Numbered from the stretch's first letter, positions 1 to 9,977 are shown. The stretch: DNA of 64,000 nucleotides from Candidatus Kapaibacterium sp. (GCA_963664875.1 OY761611.1:480001-544000); one strand, 5' to 3'. The notes: generated from the letters alone by a model not told the origin. Program-made: numbers and translations.

Positions 1-1
1 A

Positions 2-574
2 TTTATGCCTTATCCTGTTACAGGAATCAAACAAAATCAAACAGTTTTAGCTGTTCAATTAGATGATGTAGATGTAGATAATGTAGCTGAGCCTGCCGAT
101 GAATTGTTTGAAGAAAATATTACAATAATAGGTTCAGACTGGAAAAAATATAACATGTCCACAGGTGTTTATGAAATCACACAAAACAGAGTTTACTTTT
201 TAAAAGATGTTGCCGGCATATTATTCAAATTAGTTTTAAAAGATTTTTCCGGAAGCCAAGACGGAAAATATGTTTTCGATCAAACACGCATGGGCTCTTC
301 GGTTAGCGAAAGTCTCTCAAACTTGAACTTAGCAATATATCCTAATGTGATTGAAAAAAATGAAACATTCAATGTAGTATTGAGTGATGAGATTCCACAA
401 GAGTATAATCTTTCCATAGTAGATTTGGCAGGAAATAAAGTAATGTCTCAGATAGTAGAATCAGACTATTTGAAAACAGTCACTTTGAATAGCAGCACAC
501 TTTCAAGTGGTGTTTACTTTATTACACTTTCAAATTCGACAGGGATTATATCTAATAAAATTATCGTGAGATAA
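2..574 (+). CDS. HmuY-like domain protein with T9SS C-terminal sorting domain (5' part outside window)
   Basis: The frame is open from the window edge. 'IGSDWKKYNMSTGVYEI..RVYFLK..FKL' parallels the HmuY segment of the 2776 ORF. The C-terminus 'IYPN...IVDLAGNKV...LSSGVYFITL...KIIVR' is a type A T9SS CTD. Confidence 0.75.
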   Translation, partial: FMPYPVTGIKQNQTVLAVQLDDVDVDNVAEPADELFEENITIIGSDWKKYNMSTGVYEITQNRVYFLKDVAGILFKLVLKDFSGSQDGKYVFDQTRMGSSVSESLSNLNLAIYPNVIEKNETFNVVLSDEIPQEYNLSIVDLAGNKVMSQIVESDYLKTVTLNSSTLSSGVYFITLSNSTGIISNKIIVR

Positions 575-577
575 AAA

Positions 578-2776
578 ATGCGATTTTTCACTATGACCTT
601 TATTTTTATTTCATTGCTGGGCGCACTAAACGCGTCCGGCAGTGAAGATATTATCCAGATTATGGACAAAGAAACTAAAGAGCCTATACATTCTGCTACA
701 ATAACGATAACAAGTAAAGAACAAAAAAAGATGATCAAGGCAGACAAGTATGGTAAATTTGTAAATCCTTTTCCATATCCCATATCAGTACAAATTACTT
801 GTGTAGGATACTTAAGATTTTCTTACAAACTGAAATCAAATCCCGGTAAAATATATCTGGTACCTACAACTAAATACATGAATCCAATTGTTACCACGGG
901 ACAGTTTACACCTCGTTCGACCCAGAAATCTGTTTATCCTGTCAAAGTAATTAGCAGTGAGACAATCAGCGAGCAGGCTGCCAATGATTTACGTGAACTA
1001 CTGAACACTGAATCAAATATCCGTATGTCGCAGGACGGTGTGTTAGGATCAAGTATGAGTATCAATGGTATTTCTGGAGAAAACATCAAGATTTTGATTG
1101 ATGGCGTACCTGTTATTGGTAGAATGGATGGGAATATAGACCTTTCTCAAATCAATCTGTCAAATATAGACAGAGTAGAAATAATTGAAGGTCCTATGTC
1201 TTCTGTTTACGGGTCAGACGCTTTGGGTGGAGTAATAAATCTTATATCTAAAGATCAAACAACTCCCGGGACAAAGATTAATGCTGAGACGTACTATGAG
1301 TCAGTAGGTAGAGTGAATGCTAACGCAGGTTTTAACTATTATGACGAAACTTATAAAACTGGACTCAATTTTGGTCGTAATTTCTTTAACGGATATTCCG
1401 AAAAAGATTATTTGAGAGCTGAAGAATGGTCACCTAAAGAGCAATATTTTGCAGACTTTAATGCTTCAATGAAAAAAGGAAATCACACGATTAAGTACCA
1501 AGCGAGCTATTTTGACGAATATATTCTCAAAAGATACGAACCTTATGATTTTTACAAAGAAAGAGCATTTGATGACAGGTTTTATACCGACCGATTTACA
1601 AATAGTCTATTTTACAATGCGAAAGTAAATGAGAATACTTACTTAACAGCTACTGCAAATTATTCTTTTTATCAAAGAATTCGTAATAAGTATTCAATAA
1701 ACAGAACAACCTTAGACGAAATTCTAGTTACTGACAAGGGCTCCCAGGATACTTCTAAGTTCAATACATATATATTTCGCTCTACTTTGAGTAGTGATAA
1801 ATTGTCTGATTATCTTGCTTATCAAATTGGTTTGGATTTTCAGTATGACGATGCTACGGGGCAAAAGATAGAAGGAAATCGACAAGATATTGGAGATTAT
1901 GCAGTTTTTGGCGGTGTTCAGATTTCTCCATTAGATGAAATTACAGTACAACCAACATTCCGATATAGTCACAATACCAAATACGATTCTCCCCTTACAT
2001 ATACTTTCAATCTGAAATACAATATCATCAACAACTTGATTTTCAGAGCAACATACGGCAAAGGATTTAGAGCTCCGAGTTTGAAAGAGTTATATTTAGA
2101 TTTTGTTGATTCTAATCACGAAATTACAGGCAATACAGACTTAGATGCAGAGGAATCAAAATCAGTAAATGCAGGATTTGAGTACAATGCTTTCTTTTCA
2201 GGTAGATTATTAAAAGTTGAGCCTCGTTATTTCTTTAATCAGATTGATAATAAAATCGAACTGGTAAAGGTTGATCCTAATTCAGAAAGACGAATGAATC
2301 AAAACATTTCAAGATTCAAATCAACAGGTGCTTCTTTGAATGTATCTTTCTTTTCTCACAACTATAATGTAAAAATATCATATAATTATACCGGAAGATA
2401 CAATCAATTATCAGAAACAAGATCTGATGCCGGTGAGTATTCGTTCTCTAATGATTTGCAGGCAAATTTTTCATGGCTGATACCATATTGCGGCACAAGA
2501 ATGTCAATATTTTATAAATACACAGGTAAACTTCCTTATATAGAACTCGTTGATAATACTATCCAAGAGTTATATATAGAAGATTTTCACACTCTGGATT
2601 TGACATTCAATCGCAAATTTTTTGATTTATTCATTCTAAATTTTGGTGCAAAAAATATATTTGATGTTAAATCAATAGCAAGTGGAATGGCATCAGGCGG
2701 AGCACATTCCGGCGGTGGAAATGCAATGATAAATTATGGTAGAACATATTTTGTTTCTATAGGAGTAGATTACTAA
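578..2776 (+). CDS. TonB-dependent outer-membrane receptor, probable haem receptor (HmuR-like)
   Basis: Signal peptide; plug motif 'RVEIIEGPMSSVYGSDALGGVINLI'; 'GFRAPSLKELY..H..GNTDL' FRAP/NPNL-like loop; terminal beta-strand ending in Tyr; flanked by HmuY genes. Confidence 0.88.
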   Translation: MRFFTMTFIFISLLGALNASGSEDIIQIMDKETKEPIHSATITITSKEQKKMIKADKYGKFVNPFPYPISVQITCVGYLRFSYKLKSNPGKIYLVPTTKYMNPIVTTGQFTPRSTQKSVYPVKVISSETISEQAANDLRELLNTESNIRMSQDGVLGSSMSINGISGENIKILIDGVPVIGRMDGNIDLSQINLSNIDRVEIIEGPMSSVYGSDALGGVINLISKDQTTPGTKINAETYYESVGRVNANAGFNYYDETYKTGLNFGRNFFNGYSEKDYLRAEEWSPKEQYFADFNASMKKGNHTIKYQASYFDEYILKRYEPYDFYKERAFDDRFYTDRFTNSLFYNAKVNENTYLTATANYSFYQRIRNKYSINRTTLDEILVTDKGSQDTSKFNTYIFRSTLSSDKLSDYLAYQIGLDFQYDDATGQKIEGNRQDIGDYAVFGGVQISPLDEITVQPTFRYSHNTKYDSPLTYTFNLKYNIINNLIFRATYGKGFRAPSLKELYLDFVDSNHEITGNTDLDAEESKSVNAGFEYNAFFSGRLLKVEPRYFFNQIDNKIELVKVDPNSERRMNQNISRFKSTGASLNVSFFSHNYNVKISYNYTGRYNQLSETRSDAGEYSFSNDLQANFSWLIPYCGTRMSIFYKYTGKLPYIELVDNTIQELYIEDFHTLDLTFNRKFFDLFILNFGAKNIFDVKSIASGMASGGAHSGGGNAMINYGRTYFVSIGVDY

Positions 2777-3777
2777 TGAAAATAATATACATATTTATTG
2801 TTTCGATTATTTTTACTGCTTGTATCAAAGAAGAAACTCCTGTTGCGGCAGTGGAAAGAGCCTATACAGAGACAATTGCTTTGGGTGAGAACTATGCGGT
2901 ACAAGTTTATTATGACTTAGAAAACAAGAAAATTGCTGCATATAACGACTTTGAAATATGGGATTTAGCTATTAATTCAAATACTGATATGAATACAATT
3001 GTTCTGAATACTGCGAAAAATATGCGAATATTTCCGTTGCCGGGCAAAACATTCGATGAGGTCAGTCTATCTGATTTCAAAGCTGTTAACGAAGAAGATT
3101 GGCTGTATGATGCCCCCAGTGGTAATCAAGATACAACTGCCTTCGGAGTTTGGTGGCAAATAATAGATAATCAAATCGTTCCCAAAGATATTACCTATCT
3201 TCTGGATAGAGGAAAAGATTCCAAAGGTGATAAAATAGGCTCATATAAGCTTAAGATTGTTAGTGCTGACAAAGAATCTATTAGTTTTCGTTTCCAAAAT
3301 CTCAGAGCTGATGAAATTATAGATATTACAGTCATAAAAGACTCGAAAACAAACTTCAGTATGTTATCTATAGATTCTAAAGAACAAATTAGCATAGAAC
3401 CAAATAAAGAAGACTGGGATATTTTATTTACCAAACATACTGAGTTGCTTTTTACTTCCGAAGGTGATGCAATGTGGTATGGTGTAACCAGTATTTTATT
3501 AAATCCATACAATTGCACTGCAGCTTTCAATACAGATTCTACTTACAATCTAATTACCTTAGATTCAATTCCAAATTATACTTTTTCGTCTGATAGGAAC
3601 ACGATAGGTCATGATTGGAAATATTATGATTTAGATGCCGGAGTATATCTGATGAGGTATCGTAATACTTATCTGATAAAATCTAGAAATGATTACTATT
3701 TCAAGCTAAGATTTACAAGTTTTACAAATGCTTCCGGTGAAAAAGGTTATCCTGAGTTTGAATTTGAAGGACTATAG
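2776..3777 (+). CDS. HmuY-family lipoprotein with two HmuY-like repeats
   Basis: Lipobox FTAC followed by IKEE; two WDL/WDI..YKL/FKL repeats; C-terminal 'FKLRFTSF..SGEKGYPEFEF'; start overlaps the receptor stop (TAATG). Confidence 0.8.
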   Translation: MKIIYIFIVSIIFTACIKEETPVAAVERAYTETIALGENYAVQVYYDLENKKIAAYNDFEIWDLAINSNTDMNTIVLNTAKNMRIFPLPGKTFDEVSLSDFKAVNEEDWLYDAPSGNQDTTAFGVWWQIIDNQIVPKDITYLLDRGKDSKGDKIGSYKLKIVSADKESISFRFQNLRADEIIDITVIKDSKTNFSMLSIDSKEQISIEPNKEDWDILFTKHTELLFTSEGDAMWYGVTSILLNPYNCTAAFNTDSTYNLITLDSIPNYTFSSDRNTIGHDWKYYDLDAGVYLMRYRNTYLIKSRNDYYFKLRFTSFTNASGEKGYPEFEFEGL

Positions 3778-3780
3778 TCT

Positions 3781-3788
3781 TATATTTG
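3781..3788 (+). promoter_or_regulatory. Bacteroidota-type -7 promoter element (TATATTTG) for dtd
   Basis: Matches TAnnTTTG, 31 nt upstream of the dtd start. Confidence 0.5.
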
Positions 3789-3819
3789 CTTCCAATTATC
3801 CACATTATTTTGATGTCAA

Positions 3820-4269
3820 ATGAAAATTATAGTTCAAAGAGTTTTAAGCGCCTCGGTTTCAATAGATTCAAACACTCATGCAGAAATTGGTAAAGGAATA
3901 TTAGTTTTAGTTGGAATAACCCACAAAGACACTACTGATACTATGCAGTGGATTTGCAATAAAATTGTAAATCTCAGAATATTCCCGGATGAGGATGGTA
4001 AAATGAATAAATCTGTTCAGGATATTGGAGGCAGTATTCTTTTAGTTCCAAATTTTACTTTATATGGGACTCTGAAAAAAGGATTTCGTCCGAGCTATAC
4101 TGATGCTGCTCCCCCTGAGATTTCTCTTCCTTTATTTGAGCAAATTATCAGTCATTTGAAAAATATATGCAATTTGGATATCAAAGCCGGGGTATTTGGA
4201 GCTGATATGAAAGTATCACTTATCAATGATGGACCGGTTACGGTAACTATAAAAAAAGAGGCGGATTAA
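3820..4269 (+). CDS. dtd: D-aminoacyl-tRNA deacylase
   Basis: 'MKIIVQRV..ASV', 'LRIFPDEDGKMN', 'NFTL', 'GVFGADMKVSLINDGPVT'. Confidence 0.97.
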   Translation: MKIIVQRVLSASVSIDSNTHAEIGKGILVLVGITHKDTTDTMQWICNKIVNLRIFPDEDGKMNKSVQDIGGSILLVPNFTLYGTLKKGFRPSYTDAAPPEISLPLFEQIISHLKNICNLDIKAGVFGADMKVSLINDGPVTVTIKKEAD

Positions 4270-4285
4270 ACACCCGCCTCTTCTT
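4251..4285. terminator. Intrinsic terminator hairpin, possibly bidirectional and strongest on the minus strand
   Basis: AAGAGGCGG(4256-4264)/CCGCCTCTT(4274-4282) stem; A-tract from 4251 gives a U-tail on the minus strand. Confidence 0.7.
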
Positions 4286-4398
4286 AATTGAGTAGAAGAA
4301 ATACCATATCCCCTCAAATTACTTAAACCAATTTATCAGGAGTTAAATTGGAAAGAATACCATAGGTAAATATAATAAAATATTAGCAATTACAAAAA

Positions 4399-4770
4399 TT
4401 ATTTTTGATCTTTGATTGTTCTTAAACTTATTAGATGCAACGACACAAGAACAGCAATAATAACAAGCAACAGACTTAGCCAAATATTCGAAACAGCAAA
4501 GATTGCAGAGTAGAGTATCGAAATCCAGAGAAGAGATATAGTTAAGATTTTAACCCTTCTGGGCATAGCTTTTTTGTCTCGATAATTTTTGATATACCCA
4601 CCGAGGATTTTATTATCCATGAGTTTATTATAAAATTTCTCGGAGCTTTTTGCATAACACCATGCAGAAAAAAGTAAAAAGGGTGTTGTAGGCAAAATAG
4701 GTACAAATACACCAATTATTCCCATCGCAACTGAAACTGTACCTGCACTAATTAATAGTATCTTTTTCAA
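4399..4770 (-). CDS. YbaN/DUF454 family inner-membrane protein
   Basis: 'GIIGVFVPILPTTPFLLFSAWCYAKSSEKFY' is the DUF454 signature. Confidence 0.92.
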   Translation of the reverse strand: MKKILLISAGTVSVAMGIIGVFVPILPTTPFLLFSAWCYAKSSEKFYNKLMDNKILGGYIKNYRDKKAMPRRVKILTISLLWISILYSAIFAVSNIWLSLLLVIIAVLVSLHLISLRTIKDQK

Positions 4771-5434
4771 TAGTTGTATCCTTCATATGAAACTGTTTTA
4801 CTATACCTATGGGAATTTTTTCGCCAAGGAATTTTGGTTCAGTTTCGAATAATAAATCAATAAACACCTTAACCCTTGCAAAGTATTCTCGGATATATGT
4901 TTTCAAAGCATAATTAGAACTAACGGATTGAGCATTATATGCTACCGTCTCTAATCCTTTTTTTCTTGAAATAAAGATAGCTCTTTCATTGTGGAAATTC
5001 TGAGATATTATAGTATATTTCTTCTGACAAAATATCTTATTAGCTCGAATCACCGCATCTAAAGTTCTAAAACCTGCGTAGTCGAGATAAATAGCAGTGT
5101 CGGGGATTCCCATTTTTAATAGCTCAGTCCTCATCATCCAAGGTTCGTTATAATAGATTATTGAATTATCTCCACTAACAATAATATAATCTATTTTCCC
5201 TAATCGATAGAGATTAGTAGCTGCTTCAATACGATATTTGAAAAATAGATTGATTTTGCCATCTATAGTGTATTTACTCGTTCCAAGTAGTAAGCCTGCT
5301 TTATTATATGGTAGCTTATCTATAGAATCATAGATAAATTCATTTGAAAATGATTTAATAATGTTATTACTAAGCAATAACATCAAAAATGATGCAACGA
5401 TTGCAATCAATAAGCTAATCGAAATATATTTCAA
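4748..5434 (-). CDS. sanA: SanA/DUF218 family protein
   Basis: 'GLLLGTSKY', 'IVSGDN...YNEP..M', 'DYAGFRTLD', 'ISQNFHNERA', 'REYFARVK'. Confidence 0.9.
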   Translation of the reverse strand: MKYISISLLIAIVASFLMLLLSNNIIKSFSNEFIYDSIDKLPYNKAGLLLGTSKYTIDGKINLFFKYRIEAATNLYRLGKIDYIIVSGDNSIIYYNEPWMMRTELLKMGIPDTAIYLDYAGFRTLDAVIRANKIFCQKKYTIISQNFHNERAIFISRKKGLETVAYNAQSVSSNYALKTYIREYFARVKVFIDLLFETEPKFLGEKIPIGIVKQFHMKDTTIEKDTIN

Positions 5435-5485
5435 AATCTTTCTTATCTTTCTATACCTTCTCTTTTAAGCTATAAACTTAAAAAA

Positions 5486-6457
5486 TCATCTCAAAGGAGA
5501 AAACACATGAACTGAGTTAGTCTGAGGTTTTACAGTTTTAAGATATTTATATATTGCTCGTAAATCTTCGTCTTTCATATTAGCATAAGCCGCCCAAGGC
5601 ATCTCAGTATTATAACTTCCTTTTTTAATTGAAGGCAGGTTATTCAGGTCTTTGTAGCTCTTAAATCTGTTAACAAACATTTCTTCTGTCCAGCGGCCTA
5701 TGCCTGTATTAAGGTCTGAAGTAATATTTGGAGATCTAACAGTGTCCTGAGTTGGCAAAATAAATTGCATTCCACCGGAAAACTCTAAATCATATTGAGG
5801 TCTACCTTTTACAGAAGGAGTATGACAAGTTCTACAACCGGCTATGTACGCAAGATATTTCCCTTTTTCAATCTCAGTTTTCGGATTTTCCATAGGTTCG
5901 GCTTCTGAAGGAATCATTCTCATAATCAAACTCATAGGAAAAGAAGGTTCTGATTTGGGAACTTCTTTATTTATTGTAGGAATAGTCCTTAGGTAAGCTA
6001 TAATAGATTTTACATCATACTCAGTCATTTTTCCGTAATCTTTGTAAGGCATCATTGGGAACAACGGACGACCATCTTTTGATACACCGGTTGTAATAGT
6101 ATGGTACAAATCTGAATCTGACCAATTAGAAAGGAAATGAGGAGTTAAGTTAGCTGCATAAAAACTACCGGGAAATCCTTGGTCTTTCCCAAACAGCCTA
6201 CCACCGGCACCTTTTCTTGATTCAATAACAGGAGAAGAAAACACCTGTTCATTGTTTTCAGAATGGCAATGGAAACAATTTGTAACGTTTTCTACTAAAT
6301 ATTGACCTCTATCTATCATTGCAGAATCAACGTTGATAGATATTTCTTTTTTTGTTCCTACAGAAGGTAAAAACGTATAAACAATAAATAGCATGATTAG
6401 GGTGCCTAAAATGACAAATCCAAACATACCTATCCCGATTTTTATTGCTGCTTTCAT
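5486..6457 (-). CDS. Membrane-anchored dihaem cytochrome c
   Basis: N-terminal TM helix; CxxCH motifs CFHCH and CRTCH in two repeated domains (RGQYL/KGKYL, NLTP/NITS, MMPY/EMPW). Confidence 0.88.
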   Translation of the reverse strand: MKAAIKIGIGMFGFVILGTLIMLFIVYTFLPSVGTKKEISINVDSAMIDRGQYLVENVTNCFHCHSENNEQVFSSPVIESRKGAGGRLFGKDQGFPGSFYAANLTPHFLSNWSDSDLYHTITTGVSKDGRPLFPMMPYKDYGKMTEYDVKSIIAYLRTIPTINKEVPKSEPSFPMSLIMRMIPSEAEPMENPKTEIEKGKYLAYIAGCRTCHTPSVKGRPQYDLEFSGGMQFILPTQDTVRSPNITSDLNTGIGRWTEEMFVNRFKSYKDLNNLPSIKKGSYNTEMPWAAYANMKDEDLRAIYKYLKTVKPQTNSVHVFSPLR

Positions 6458-6522
6458 CTATTTTCCTTTTAGATATTTGACAAAGTGATACTAAATATTC
6501 TTAACTTTTATATCCGACCAAT

Positions 6523-9500
6523 CTATGCTGTGTACTCAGCTTTTGAATTGTTAATAACAAGAGCACAAACAGTAGAAGCCGGTTCCATAGCATAAGTTTC
6601 TGTGAGCGAAACTCCAATATTATGGGCATTCAAAATCTGGAAAACTGTTGATTTTTGAGCATGATTGGGTAGCATTTTAAAACCAAATGCAGGTCTGATA
6701 GAATTATATGCCCTTTGATAGTCTTCACCAACCCATTTGTTTTTTATAATCTTATTATGCAAAATCTCAGCAAATGCTTCTACCATGCTATCAGCCAGAA
6801 TTTTTATCAGTAACGATTTATATGCATCTTTCTTTTCTATTTCTAAAAATAAGCTATCATTTTTTAAATTTATATCTATAGTTGCAATAAAAAGTCCTAA
6901 ATAATCTTTTTTAGCAATAAAATCGCATACACACTTATTTTGTTTGAGGAAATCAACTTGTTCGATATCAAATCTATATCTGACATTAGATTGAGAAATA
7001 ATATCAAAATAGCTTTCTCCTGATTCTGCTTCAAATATGCCATATATAGCATTAGCTTCAAGCAATTTTGATTCTCGAACTCTATTTATCAATTTTAGTG
7101 CATCTTGCTTCAAACTCTCTTTAGCAATTTTAGCAAATTCACTATTTGATTTTATCTGCCATTTGTTATAAAATTGCTTCCAATTAAGTTTGTCCAATAT
7201 ATTTTGCAAATCATAATCTACTAGTTCCCATATACCAATTTCATTTGGTCTAATAAATGATTCTACCACTTTTTGGGGTCTATGCCACAGAGTGTCATTC
7301 GCATTACTTAGCTTTTTAGAATATTCTTCTCGAATAGATTGATATTCAATTGATATATCCTTTAAGTAATTTGGATTAGATTCTATGCTGTTCAAAGAGT
7401 TAATCAGATTCACCGGATTTGATGCATAAAGTACTTTTTCAGGATACAGCGGTTCTAAGTTGAGAGCAGTGTGCAACTTTGACGTTGCTGCCCCACCAAC
7501 AATAAGAGGTATTTTAATATTCTTATTGAAGAGCAATTCTGCAAGTTTTTTCATCTCATGCAAAGAAGGTGATATAATACCGGAAACAGCAATATAATCA
7601 ACTGAGTTTTCTATAGTTTTTTGAAGAATAACTTGATTGTCAACTTTTACACCTAAATCTATTATTTCATAACCATTCGTTTTTAAAACTGCAGATACAA
7701 TATTTTTGCCAATATCATGTACATCTCCCCTAACTGTTGCCAAAAGAATTTTCTTTGATTTAAGTAAGAAATTAGCTTCATCACAAAATTGCTTTAAATA
7801 ATCAAATACTTTACTGAAATTAGTTGTACATTTAAGAACATCAGGTAAATATATCTCCCCTGAATTATAAGCTTCACCGACTTCAGACAAAGCAGGCAAT
7901 AGTATAGTTTCGATTATTTCTACAGGACTTGTTCCTTTTGTAATATTTTTATCAATTATATCTTTAATGAATGATATATCTCCTTCAATCAAAGCAAGAT
8001 ATACAGACATTTCTTTCGATAAAGTATCCGATTGTTTGATAACGCCGGAAGTAGAAAAGATTTGGAATTTATCTGCTAAATCGAATAATACTTCCGGATT
8101 TGTCTTTCCTGTAAGGACTTTTTTGATATCAGAAACTAAATTATCATCTAAAGATTTCACTTGTAATATTTCATTGGGAGAACATATTGCAAAATCTAAC
8201 CCTTCCGTTTCGGCAAGTTCAAGGAATATGGTATTTAGTATCTTTCTAAAATGCGTTCTGCCTTTGAAAGTAAAAGACAAATTGCTGATGCCAACTACAG
8301 TCCTGCATTCAGGATATTGTGTTTTTATAAACCTGATAGTTTGCAAAACATCTGCTGTGTTAGTTATATGTTCTGAGATTCCTGAAGCTATAGGTAATAT
8401 CAAAGGATCAAACAAAATCTTTTGTGGTGATATTCCCAAATCTTCTACTATTATTTTATAAACTCTTTGAAAAATATCAGTTTTACGTTTATATGTCGTG
8501 GCTATTCCATTTTCATCTGATGCAAGTACTACAAAATTAGCTCCGAATCTGTTTATATAGAGTGCTTTCTCCTTGAAAGCAGCTTCCCCTTGTTCGAGTG
8601 AAATTGAGTTTATATAAACTTCGGATGTTATTTTTGTCAGGCCTAATTCGACTAATTCAAAATTAGAAGAATCAATAAACAAAGAGTTGAAAGCAAGCGT
8701 TCTGTCGTGATTATAGAAATCTATAAACTTTCTGAAAGCAGCTAAGGAATCAATATTACCATCATCAAAATTCAAATCTAAAATATTACAACTTTCAGAT
8801 AATTGAGCTTTTGCAAAATCTATAGCTTTTTCATAATTTTCTTCATAAATATATGTTCTAAACAAATTAGAACCGGCAACATTTGTTTTTTCACTTACTA
8901 GTACTGCCTTCCAATTAGTTGGAGTTATTACTTCTGAAGCTTGTTTTGGTTTTACAGACTTTCTATTAAATCTCAGACTCAATTCTTTTATGTGCTCAGG
9001 TGTTGTACCGCAACATCCACCGATTATATTCAATTTTGAATGACTTGCGAATTCTTCAATTTTATCAGCAAAATATTCCGGAGTATCTTTGTAACTTCCG
9101 TCTTCATCAGGTAAGCCTGCATTTACGTATAAAGAAAAAAATAAGTCAGTATTCGTTTTGATTTGCTCTAATACATTTACTATCTGAGCAATTCCAAACG
9201 AGCAATTAATCCCAATCCCTACTACATTGTCAAAATTTTGAATTGTGTTGCAGAAGCTTTGAAAAGACTGACCTATTAGCAATTTAGCATTAGAATCTAA
9301 AGTAACTGAAACGATGATTGGTCTTATGACATTTCTGCTCTCCATGACTTCTGTAATAGCCACCAAAATAGCTTTGCAACTCAAAGTATCATATACTGTT
9401 TCTACCAGAAATAAATCTACACCACCATCTAATAAACCTTCTATTTGACTTGTATAAGCACTGACAAACTCTTCAAAGCTGATTTCTGAATTCAAGAACA

Positions 9501-9927
9501 AGGAATAATTTGACGGGCCTATCGAACCGGCAATATAGATGTCTTTGTGAGCACCATATTCTTTCAAATACTTTTTTTTAGCAGATTTTGCGATTTGTGT
9601 TGCTTCGTAATTCAAATCGTAACACAAATCATCGATAACATATTCTCTCTGAGAGAGTTTGTTTGAATTAAAGGAATTGGTAGTAATAATATGTGCACCT
9701 GATTCGAGGTATTGCAAGTGAATATTTTCGATAACATGAGGCATAGTTAGATTTAAAATATCATTATTGCCTGACAGTGCGATATTATGTTCTTTAAATC
9801 TTTCGCCACGAAAGGAGTCTTCAGAGAAAGAATATTTCTGAATCATTGTTCCCATAGCTCCGTCAAGAATCAGTATTCTTTCTGAGAGAGCTTTGTAGAA
9901 TGAGTTATTTATAAATTTCGAACTCAT
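6523..9927 (-). CDS. metH: Cobalamin-dependent methionine synthase (divergent)
   Basis: 'LDGAMGTMIQ', Zn ligands GINC and GGCCG, pterin domain IDSS/NSISL/GISN, cobalamin motif 'GDVHDIGKNIV', activation-like domain 'IRPAFG'. Confidence 0.88.
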   Translation of the reverse strand: MSSKFINNSFYKALSERILILDGAMGTMIQKYSFSEDSFRGERFKEHNIALSGNNDILNLTMPHVIENIHLQYLESGAHIITTNSFNSNKLSQREYVIDDLCYDLNYEATQIAKSAKKKYLKEYGAHKDIYIAGSIGPSNYSLFLNSEISFEEFVSAYTSQIEGLLDGGVDLFLVETVYDTLSCKAILVAITEVMESRNVIRPIIVSVTLDSNAKLLIGQSFQSFCNTIQNFDNVVGIGINCSFGIAQIVNVLEQIKTNTDLFFSLYVNAGLPDEDGSYKDTPEYFADKIEEFASHSKLNIIGGCCGTTPEHIKELSLRFNRKSVKPKQASEVITPTNWKAVLVSEKTNVAGSNLFRTYIYEENYEKAIDFAKAQLSESCNILDLNFDDGNIDSLAAFRKFIDFYNHDRTLAFNSLFIDSSNFELVELGLTKITSEVYINSISLEQGEAAFKEKALYINRFGANFVVLASDENGIATTYKRKTDIFQRVYKIIVEDLGISPQKILFDPLILPIASGISEHITNTADVLQTIRFIKTQYPECRTVVGISNLSFTFKGRTHFRKILNTIFLELAETEGLDFAICSPNEILQVKSLDDNLVSDIKKVLTGKTNPEVLFDLADKFQIFSTSGVIKQSDTLSKEMSVYLALIEGDISFIKDIIDKNITKGTSPVEIIETILLPALSEVGEAYNSGEIYLPDVLKCTTNFSKVFDYLKQFCDEANFLLKSKKILLATVRGDVHDIGKNIVSAVLKTNGYEIIDLGVKVDNQVILQKTIENSVDYIAVSGIISPSLHEMKKLAELLFNKNIKIPLIVGGAATSKLHTALNLEPLYPEKVLYASNPVNLINSLNSIESNPNYLKDISIEYQSIREEYSKKLSNANDTLWHRPQKVVESFIRPNEIGIWELVDYDLQNILDKLNWKQFYNKWQIKSNSEFAKIAKESLKQDALKLINRVRESKLLEANAIYGIFEAESGESYFDIISQSNVRYRFDIEQVDFLKQNKCVCDFIAKKDYLGLFIATIDINLKNDSLFLEIEKKDAYKSLLIKILADSMVEAFAEILHNKIIKNKWVGEDYQRAYNSIRPAFGFKMLPNHAQKSTVFQILNAHNIGVSLTETYAMEPASTVCALVINNSKAEYTA

Positions 9928-9977
9928 CTATAATCTTATTACTTTAAACAAAATAGTAGCAATAGTGGCAATATAAA

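Noticed and set aside
7967-8461. Antisense or nested ORFs of 60-165 aa here and throughout (e.g. 12061, 17206, 37011, 38451, 45101)
   Set aside because: They lie opposite or within well-supported genes and show shadow-frame composition
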